A model generated the notes under the pieces. It did not search any database, had not been told where the DNA came from, and saw only the letters and a list, made by a program, of their open reading frames with translations. The translations under genes and the position numbers were made by a program. DNA of 64,000 nucleotides from the human T2T-CHM13v2.0 reference genome, Homo sapiens, in the NCBI RefSeq assembly GCF_009914755.1, contig NC_060933.1; one strand, 5' to 3'. This document shows, piece after piece, positions 55,083 to 64,000 of this stretch (its first letter is position 1; each line of letters opens with the position of its first letter).

Positions 55083-56669
55083 TATTAACACTTTTATTAA
55101 AGGAAGAAGAGTATACATTTTCATCATTCCATCCCCTACACAGCCAAGACTGGTGTCCTGTTGGGAACAAGTACTCAATATATCTGTTAAACAGAAGACT
55201 GGTTAAAAAACTGTCTCTTAATTTTTTAGAGTACTTAGGTATTTGATCACCTACCTCATTTTATGTCAAAGAATTCAGTAACCCCTCTAATCTACACTGC
55301 CCAGCAGGTAGCCTTTCACTAAGCTACAGGCTGAATGGCCACAAATCTTTATGTCCTTGGAAACACTTGACTCACTGGACATGCATGAATAGTCCAATCC
55401 GTCTTCCCCAAGCAAGCATGCTGGGTGGTATGCGCTTTCAGCAACAATACTGTCATTCTCACTTACCATCTAAATCAGGAGAACTCTTGACTGGTTCTGT
55501 TCCCTCTCTAGGCACTTTGTTTATTGCTCCGGCCAGAAGGTAGAACCATGTTCCACTCACCCCATTTGATTCTATGATTTGAATCTACTCTGTTTGATGT
55601 GCTGGTTAGAGCTGGAGTCTTGCTTGAGAAAGGACATGAAAAATTGCAGGAAATCACAATCAAGCCTAGCAACATCAGGTGAGTGAAAAGCAGTGTCCAA
55701 TTTCTGAGACTACCTCAGAAAGCAAAACCTCACCTGGATGCTGATGTGAGAGGAATATCTGGATGTATTTCTGTGAGATATTAAACAACTCAAGGTACTA
55801 GAAATCACTTAATGGAAAAGGGACATGATTTCTCATGAGGAGCCTGAGCTATGGCTCCATTCTTGCCCACATTAGCTATTATGAGATGAAAGCAGGTGGA
55901 AATTATTCATTCCCTTCAAACTCACATTCTTAAATGCTATCTTATAAAATAGCTTTATCCTAATCTTCTGCTTCCAGGGAAATATGACAAATGACTCCTC
56001 CCCCAGAGAAGGCTGAGGACCCTCACATACTTCAGCACTTCTTTGCTACTCTATCATCTTAGGTACAGTCATTGCTCGAGAGTCAGCAGGCATTATACAT
56101 GACTCCATTGACTTACCTTTATTATTATGAGGCACAACCCGACTCCCTCACCCCAAGGCTGCTCTAACATGCCTTAGCAATATGATCCCCTCCACACACA
56201 CGGCTCCACATCAGCCCAAATTCTCAGGGTCAGACTTGTAAGTACTCATCTTTCAGAGTATGAGGAAAACTCTCCAAAATATATGGTATGCATATATACT
56301 CCAAATCCTAGAACATATACACTGAAATATAGTATATAATATCAATACTCTCCAAAATATATTGTATTAACACTACTCTCACATTATCCATATCTGAAGT
56401 GAGTTTTAGATCTGAAAGCAACATTTTATAATTGTACTTAAACCAAATTAACCAAGTTCATGAGAGGAAAGGGGGAAAAGGGTGGCCTAAGGAGCCCAAG
56501 CCAGTAAGGAGGTCTGTATGTTGCCTGGGTTTGCAGGGGAAGAGAAGACATGGCCAGATGAGAAGGTCCCTGGAAGCAATTGACACTTGGCCATTTCTAC
56601 CTTGCCTGGTCATTGTGGGTAGTTTGTGTTGTTTCTGCTGGGCTGCAACTCTTTGAGGGCAGAGGAGGT

Positions 56670-57000
56670 ACTGAGGTGTAATGGAGGATGGGCTCCAGAG
56701 TCTTGGGAGACTAGATTAAAATCCCATTTCCTCTGTTTTCTAGTTCTGTAAGTTTGGGAAAGTTCCCTTACTTTCGGAGGCTCAGTTCCCTCACCTGTGA
56801 CCCACAAGCTAATAATAACCTGCTTCCAAATCTGCCATACAACACTGTTCTGATAGTCAACAATAATGTATTGTACACTTAAAAACTTGTTGAGAGGGTA
56901 AGTCCTATGTTCAGTGTCTTACCATTCACACACACATAATATAATAATAACAACCTTCTTGCAGGTTATTATGGAATAATGTGAAATGAAATAACAACTG
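56670..57000 (+). mobile_element. MIR interrupted by an L1 3' tip
   Basis: CTAGTTCTGTAAGTTTGGGAAAGTT...CTCAGTTCCCTCACCTGTG, resuming AGGTTATTATGGAA after 56962. Confidence 0.7.
56828..56945 (+). mobile_element. L1MA10/L1MB1-like 3' tip
   Basis: ATAGTCAACAATAATGTATTGTACACTTAAAAACTTGTTGAGAGGGTA; 17-bp degenerate TSD at 56811-27 / 56946-62. Confidence 0.75.
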
Positions 57001-58214
57001 GACCCAGAAGACAGAAGGTGCTCAAAAGCCTTATTGTCTTCTATGAAGTGCTCCCCTCAGTATCATGCACATAGCAGGAATCAATACATAGAGAAAATTG
57101 TTAAATGGGGATTATGACTTATTCACCATTGTTTTGTGGGTATGGAATATGATGCTGGGGATGGAGGAGACTCCTAATTTTTATGCATATAAATAAAATG
57201 TACCAATTATTTATTGAGAGATTCATGTAGATCTCCGATACACCTTGGTAATAGAGAATTTAACAAATAAATATTAAAAAGTACAATTTGTATCTTTAAC
57301 TAAGGCAGAGATAAGATACAGTTTTGCTCACAGAAATTAAAGTGTTTCCTAGACTAGTTTTAAAGTCCCTGCCATGTCAGACAGAAATCACAAGAAAACC
57401 AAAGTAATGAGTGGGCATCTCTCAGATTACTGAACTATATTTCATAATTATCTAATAAGAAAAATTATATCTTATTTGATGTTATGTATATTTTTCCACA
57501 AAAAAATAAAATCTTTATATACTACTTGTTGGCTAGAAGTGTCACTTTTAGAAGTGTTACTTTCCTTAAACACACTTCTGTTTATATATCAATAACATAC
57601 CTGTACATTCGAAACTCTGGTGCACACCCATTTTTCAGAGAATTTTTACTCATCTGCAAATGGGCCCAAGCCCACGGAATGCAGGTCATCTACACTGAAT
57701 GAACTAACAGTAATCACAGCCCTCATCTTGGCCTCTCTTCAAATATCTCTGGACCTCACTTCAAAGAAGAGGGCTCCCCTTAGTCCAGATGCATTTATAA
57801 TACAGTGAGGGCACCTGATTAATGGGAGGGGAGAAGGACTGACTTATAGATTGACTAGCAATTGCCAAGGAAGACGTTGACTTTGGCTCACAAGAAATAA
57901 CTCTCCTTCATCCCTAAACTTTAGTTTACTCATCTGTAAAACTTGTCACTGTTTTGAAAACTGTGTCTCCCAGTTCCTGAGGAGTTCTAGGGGAAAAGAG
58001 GGAGATGACTGGGCTAAACACTGGGTTTCTTCTTCAACTTGAGCAGCTTGTTTTCTTCATGCATTTTAAACTTTCCATTGCAGAGCTTTCTTTGAACAAA
58101 GTATTACTCTATAAAGAATCTACTAGATTTGTGGCCTCAGCCTCTACTTCGTAACTGGTTGGCATTCATTCAAAATGTTTTTAAACATCTCTTTTAGGAC
58201 TCAAAAACATGTTT

Positions 58215-58450
58215 AAGTGCTAAACAGTTTACTGCAGTTTACTAAATCCATTACTAAACATACTAAATCACATTCATTATCTCATTTCAACATTACTGTG
58301 AGTTCAAGATTACCATTCTCCTTCATTTCAAAGAGAAAGATGCTGAGTCTCATAGAGGTAGCCACGTACCCAAGGTGCACAAGTAGTCAGTTATGGAGCT
58401 GACACATGAGCATGTGTCTCAAGTCCAATCATCCTCCACCCATAGCATGC
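58215..58450 (-). mobile_element. MIR
   Basis: GATGCTGAGTCTCATAGAGGTAGCCACGTACCCAAGGTGCACAAGTAGT. Confidence 0.7.
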
Positions 58451-58929
58451 CACTTCACTCATGTTAGGGGCTCCAGGCTAGGCTGTGCAAAATATGGACA
58501 GAAAGTGAAAATGGCGGCGGGGTGGGGGGGTTATATAGTCTTATTGTACATTCCAAATGTGCTCTGAATATTCAGGCCAAAATATTATTTAGCCGTTTCT
58601 TTTTATATCACCATAGAGTACTGCAGAACGTAGTTTTGGTGTTCATTTCAGTTTCATCATCTAGGGGAATATGAGGACAAAATATTATTTAATTTTACGC
58701 CAATTAGTGTTGAAGTCTGGCATGCCTTATCTAGTTCTATACAACATCTTCTGATCAAATATATATCTGAAATCAGAATAGCCCAGTCAGAGGGAAAGGA
58801 AACTGGGTGGGGTGAAGGGTGAAGAACATACAAAAGCAGCACTATGTTATCTCTAGGGGGGTTGTTTCCGTATCTCGAAGAAAAGAAAATTTGGCACAGA
58901 ATTTGGCTTCATGTTAAGGGGACCTTTGT

Positions 58930-59050
58930 ACATATTATTATCTGCACTTCATATTAGAGAAATCTGAAGTTCAGGTGAGTTAATGAAACTGGTAAAGTTC
59001 ACACAGGTAGTTAATGGTAGATCAAAGATTCACAGCCTAGTGTCCCCAAA
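58930..59050 (-). mobile_element. MIR core
   Basis: GAAATCTGAAGTTCAGGTGAGTTAATGAAACTGGTAAAGTTCACACAGGTAGT. Confidence 0.65.
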
Positions 59051-59571
59051 AATAGTTTTAAGAGATGCAGTTAAAATTAAACCACAGTAAAGAGATATGA
59101 TCTCATTAAACCAAATAAAGCAAAATAAATGTATTATATTTAGACACCATATATTTTCCAAAGTAAATGTTTGTCGAAGGCTATTATAAAAGGGCTGGAC
59201 TTTTATTGAATTCTAGAGCTTGGTGAAAAGAGTCTGGAAGACAGCTGTATCTTGAAAACCCACGAAGGAAGAAATGTGGGATGGCAGTTGGGTTTTGAGT
59301 ACCAGTTCTCATTAGCTGGCTGTAGCTTCCTGAATGGCTGTTTTGAGAAAGTATTCTGAGGCCTTGACCCAAGTCAGCAGGAAAGAATTCCATATTCAAT
59401 TAGCTATGTGTGCAAGGGGTGTGGAACCACAGAAGTGGTGGCATGAGTGCTGCATGTTTCATGACGTTTGCTCTATCTACTGAAAGCAGAAAATCACTTA
59501 CGCTTCTTGCAAACACCTTATAATCATTTTTAACAATGAAAGGCATTTTGAGACTTGCTGCCACGTCCATT

Positions 59572-59674
59572 CAAACAAACCAGATAACCATTCAAAAAAC
59601 CCTACATCTCTAGGTATCATTCCAAAACAAACAAACCAGATAACCATTCAAAAAACCCTACATCCCTAGGTATC
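59572..59674. repeat. Two-copy 47-bp near-perfect direct repeat
   Basis: 59572-59618 versus 59628-59674, one mismatch, 9-bp spacer. Confidence 0.95.
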
Positions 59675-61499
59675 TAGGAGTTTGCTGAAAATGGCCAAAG
59701 TACCATCATCTACTATCTTCAGTGCACAAGCAAAGCGTATCTCACTTTCACCAAGTAAAATTAACTTCCTGAAAGTCAAAGAACAGGAGTCCATGTGAGA
59801 TAATTAATTATTCCTCTTTTTGACTGAAATGGCCACTGGAAGCTATATTTTTATGGCAAATAAAATATTATACTACTATCAAGAAAATATAATAACAAAA
59901 ACACTTTTACAACCACCGAAAGTGGATCTCAGTAACTCTTTTGTCACCAATAGTGCATATGGAGTTTCCTAACCAGCGAATAAGTATACTTCTTCTTTAG
60001 AACCATCCTAAGGAAAAAAAAAAAAAAAAAAAAAAAAGCAGCAGGGAGAGAAATTGTCTCTTAAACAAGTCTTGCCATTCACAACCTGGAATGGACCTCA
60101 GGATTATAAATTTCAGTTTCCTGCTAAACAAGAATGTGGTTGAAGCCAGAACCAGCCTGACTGGTGTAGACGATGACGCCATGCTAGGCTACTAAGCTAA
60201 CTCACCCTGCCTCAGTATCCTCACCTGTGCAGCGCTAGTCATCTAGTTTCCCAGCACCTTCTTAAAAGTGCCTCTTGTGTTATTTCAGCTCCATGCAGAT
60301 TTTGAAGGGAAAGTGTCCCAGAAATGAAAAGGTATATTATTAAACACACACAGAGTTTGTGGCCCTGAGAAGTTAAGGTCTTCTCCCAATGTCATCCAGA
60401 AAAGCAGTGGCAGAGAATGAGTGTCAACCCGCTCAATGTGTATGAAACACAAGATAATGAAAGAGGTACAGATGCCACCTAAAATTCCACTGCCCAATTT
60501 TGACAATTGTGTTATTTTTCAGCTCTGTTGGAGATTAGAGAGGTTTTCATAAAATGTAAAAATACTGTAAAATGTCTAAGGGTCTAACTGTCTCCTGGTG
60601 ACATGGACTTGGCAGCAGATGCTTCTTTCCGGTTCCTGGTCTGCCTCCTCACACTCCTTTGCCAGCACATTTCCAAAAGGTATGAGCCAGACCAGCGGAT
60701 GCAATGACTGAGATTTTTCTCGAAGTTACTCTAAAGGCTAGCAGCATGAGCATCATTAATACATATTACTGGCCAACTATCACAAAACAGGGTCGGGATC
60801 CTTCAGACACTGGAGTACAAAAGCCTCCAGGCAACTCAAGAGCTTCAATGTAAAAGGTAACTTGTAGGAGAATCACTGGAGCACAGAGCTGGAAGAGGCC
60901 TTACATGGTATGGTGAAGGCTTTAAATTCAGCACGACTTTGCAGGTTTAGATCCTGGCTTTGCCTTATACTAACTGTGCTATCCACCATTGATATATGTA
61001 TGCCTTTAGCATGATGTGTGGTACATGGAAAACTGTAGCTGGCATTGGGGCAGAAAGATGACTTTTCAGCTTCCTCAGATTAAAGATAAGGAACTTGGTC
61101 CAAAGAGGAAGCAGCTTACCCAAGACCACCCAGTGGTTGTACTGATTCTAAGCAAACATCACAGTTCCAAGAAGGCTGATTTTGTGGACTGGCTTGAGAT
61201 GCTTCCCATGTGCAGGGGTGTGCATCTTTGGTTATCATTCAGGATGCTTGCTATGAAACTCTATTCCCCCCTTTAGAAGGCCACACATCAGCAATTTTCC
61301 TTCATAGGTATGAACTCATAAAGTTCATAGAATCTGTTGATGCTGCCCTTGAGATAGGTTATTGAGGTAGTTACGAAGTGAAATAAAATTTAATGCAGCT
61401 CAGCTTTTGTTTATGTAAGTCAGTCCATCCAGTAGTCCAGTAGCACTAGGTGCCACTTTTGTTTTTACTTTCATTGTCTGGTTTATCTGAAATGACCTG

Positions 61500-61640
61500 T
61501 TTCATCTATTAATTCATCAAACATTTATTGAATATTGACTGAAGGCTAAAACCACGCCATATCTTTTAAGGAATAAAAATATATAGTTGGCATCCCCATG
61601 GTTCTAATAACAAAGGAGCTTGCAATTTCACTAGAGAAGA
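61500..61640 (-). mobile_element. L2 3' end
   Basis: ATTCATCAAACATTTATTGAATA...AAGGAGCTTGCAATTTCACTAG. Confidence 0.6.
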
Positions 61641-61704
61641 TGCTTTGGATAAACCTGAAGGACTGACTGGCAAATCTGAAGGGGCAGGATTGGGGCAGAA
61701 GGGT

Positions 61705-61925
61705 TGTCTGGAATCAGGTAAACCTCACCTGGTCACTAGGGCTTTGATGACCTCGGGAAAGCCCCTTAACCTCTTCAGTCCCCATTTCCATTCTATAAAA
61801 TGAAGACAATAACAGTAGCTTATAATAACTTACAGGGTTATGGTGATCATTTTTTAAAATGATGCATATAAAGCCTTCTCCACAATGCCTGGCTGCTAGG
61901 CAGCACTCAACAAATGTTAACTATG
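61705..61925 (+). mobile_element. MIR
   Basis: TGACCTCGGGAAAGCCCCTTAACCTCT...CAATGCCTGGC...CACTCAACAAATGTTAACTATG. Confidence 0.85.
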
Positions 61926-61929
61926 TTTG

Positions 61930-62390
61930 TAGTTTAAGCAGTGGGTTCAGAGTAGATTTGGAGATTCTGGTTCATTGGAAACAAGTGAGGAAGTGAGGTA
62001 TTATTAAGTCATGTTAAGGTTAGAGCTTAGGTTGTATTTCGACCATTTGGGAGGCAGCTTAGTGACTGAATATTTGTGATTTCAAGAGGTGGTTCGGACA
62101 GGGTACATTTTAAGAAATTTAATCAGGCAAGTGAGATGGATCAAAGAGGAGAGCAAATCAAGTCAGGGAGACTGGTTATAAAAATAATAATGTGGGTAAG
62201 AGTTAGTAGAAACTTAAAGATAGTGCAGTAGATAATAGAAATAATGAAGAGGCTGTCTGAAGATAATTAGACATCACTGGAGATAGATAATAAGATGGAG
62301 GAAATTATAGGTGTCTTCAAGATTTCACACAGAGTTTGGAAAAGTAAAGAATGATGAGTAATAGAATCAAGAGGGCAAAAACAAGGTGTC
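61930..62390 (-). mobile_element. L2 (degenerate)
   Basis: Purine-rich; CATTTTAAGAAATTTAATCAGGCA and CAGGGAGACTGGTTA motifs. Confidence 0.55.
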
Positions 62391-62849
62391 CAGCTTCCTA
62401 GTTCTCAGCATATATCTTTATAGCCAGAGCTTGTGAGTGGCAGGAAAGTATTCAACACACATCATGTCTTATATTCAATTGGAACATTTTTTAAGAAGAG
62501 TAGCCTCAGCTCTCAGAATTCAAATACATACCTATTATAGAATCTCCAGCCTTGCTGCTTGCTGTCTTAAAGGAATTGGTGATGTAGACAGAAGTCCTAA
62601 GAGTTCAGATCTTTATGCCAGTTCCTTAAAGACAATATTATATGTGCCAGGGTTGCTACAGTTCAATGTTAGTGTATCTTTCTGAGTTCATAAATAAATG
62701 TTGTTTTGAATGAATGATTTGGGAGTAAACCAGAAGAATTTCTGCCTTTGACAGACAATATAGTTTTAAGGGGACCACCCCTTTCTCTCTGTTGCTTTCC
62801 CAGCCCAACATCTAGAAATCCAGCCTCTTTCCCATATAGTCTGTATACA

Positions 62850-63060
62850 AATAACCTAATAGCTTTACCTACCATGTATTGGGCACCTGCTATATATCAG
62901 GCCGTGTATAAAGTATTTTAGAGCCATTATCTCCTCTAAGACACCCCTATCAGGTAATTATCATCCCAATTTTACACATGAATGGACTAGACCTAGAGCA
63001 AATTTTTCCAAGGACATTCAAGTATCTGACGGCAGAGCATGATTCACAACAAGTTTAAAG
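62850..63060 (-). mobile_element. MIR
   Basis: TATTGGGCACCTGCTATATATCAGGC...TTATCATCCCAATTTTACACATGA...GGCAGAGCATGATTC. Confidence 0.75.
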
Positions 63061-63413
63061 CAGTATCAAAACAACATCCTTGAGGGCATAATTGGGACTA
63101 GAAAAATTGAGGAAGAATATATTAATATTATATTCTAGTGTTTACAAAGCACTCATTGTCTGTGAATGGAAATTAACACACCAATCACAGTATGCTGCCT
63201 CTTGTTCTAATCTTTTCATATTATGTTCAAAGGAAATCTGGTTTTATTAACTTTAAAACTTCAGAGAAAGATGATTTAACTCTGATCCTTAGAATACACT
63301 GCAGAGATATGGATAATGAGACACTCTTCATAAATATAAAGATTAGGCTTCTTATGTCCTGTTAGAGTGTCACACTGTGAATTCTACCTTTCCAGGAGGG
63401 GTCAATAGGCATG

Positions 63414-63794
63414 TGTTGTGGGCTGAGTTTTGTCTGCCAAAATTCATGTTGAAGTCTTAACCCTAGTACTGCAGAATGTGACTGTATTTGGAGATAGGGT
63501 CTTATAAAAATTATTAAGTTAAAATTAAGTCTTCAGTGTGAGCCCTAAACCAATATGACTGGTATCCCTACAAGAAGAAAAAATTAGGACACAGACAGGC
63601 ATAGAGGGAAGACTATAAGACATAGAGAGAAGATGGTCATCTACAAACCAATGAGAGAGGCCTCAGAAGAAACCAGTGCTCTGACATCTTGATCTTGAAA
63701 TTCTAGTCTCCAGAACTGTGAGAAAATAAATTTCTGTTGTTTAGACCACCCAGTGTATGTTACTTTGTTATGGCAGCCCTAGCAAAGCATTGTA
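63414..63794 (+). mobile_element. Solo MLT1B (ERVL-MaLR) LTR
   Basis: CAGAATGTGACTGTATTTGGAGATAGGGTC...CCAGAACTGTGAGAAAATAAATTTCTGTTG...GGCAGCCCTAGCAAA; perfect 5-bp TSD GCATG at 63409-13 and 63795-99. Confidence 0.93.
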
Positions 63795-64000
63795 GCATGC
63801 TTGGATTCATCCACACTCTGGAACTTGTTTGGTCTTGAGAGGAAAATCGTATCAATGTATTGACTAAGATGGACAAAACAATGAGAGGAAATGTTTTGGG
63901 GGCTCCTGAAATTTGATGACAAGCATGGGTGCTGTGTTTTAGATTTCAACAAAATAGGGAAAGAGGATAAAAGATTTGGTCTGTAGTGTTACTTTCATTT

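Noticed and set aside
59572-59674. Direct repeats as a CRISPR-like array
   Set aside because: Only two copies, 9-bp spacer, eukaryotic context and no cas genes
59974-60038. Minus-strand acceptor T25-CCTTAG
   Set aside because: The pyrimidine tract is just a mononucleotide run and downstream donors are weak
61443-61456. CTCF-like GCACTAGGTGCCAC
   Set aside because: Mismatches at two high-information core positions

Overview
This is non-coding primate (human-like) genomic DNA: AT-rich, CpG-depleted and dominated by interspersed repeats. I find no supportable protein-coding exon, RNA gene or CpG island. The ORF-track entries are chance ORFs or Alu/L1 remnants. About 9.7-36.2 kb is an almost continuous nested LINE-1 cluster: an antisense L1ME split by a near full-length L1MA, then L1MB, L1ME3-like, HAL1-like and L1MD-like copies, and the 5' half of an L1PA15/16-like element. 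The window also holds about 15 Alus, many MIR/L2 relics, DNA transposons (full-length MER6, MER63A, MER5A, MADE1, a hAT MITE) and a solo MLT1B LTR. I cannot support a new multi-gene system here. The best second-look items are a ~190-bp AT-rich quasi-palindrome with unique inverted ends (mini-PATRR-like, 38889-39078), a trimeric Alu made by a very young AluY arm, a candidate recursive splice site (49674-49682), a strong CTCF motif (8941-8954), a miR-548-type MADE1 hairpin and a recent 47-bp duplication of a FOX+GATA motif pair. Repeat family names come from recalled consensus sequences, not a database search, and boundaries of old elements are approximate.
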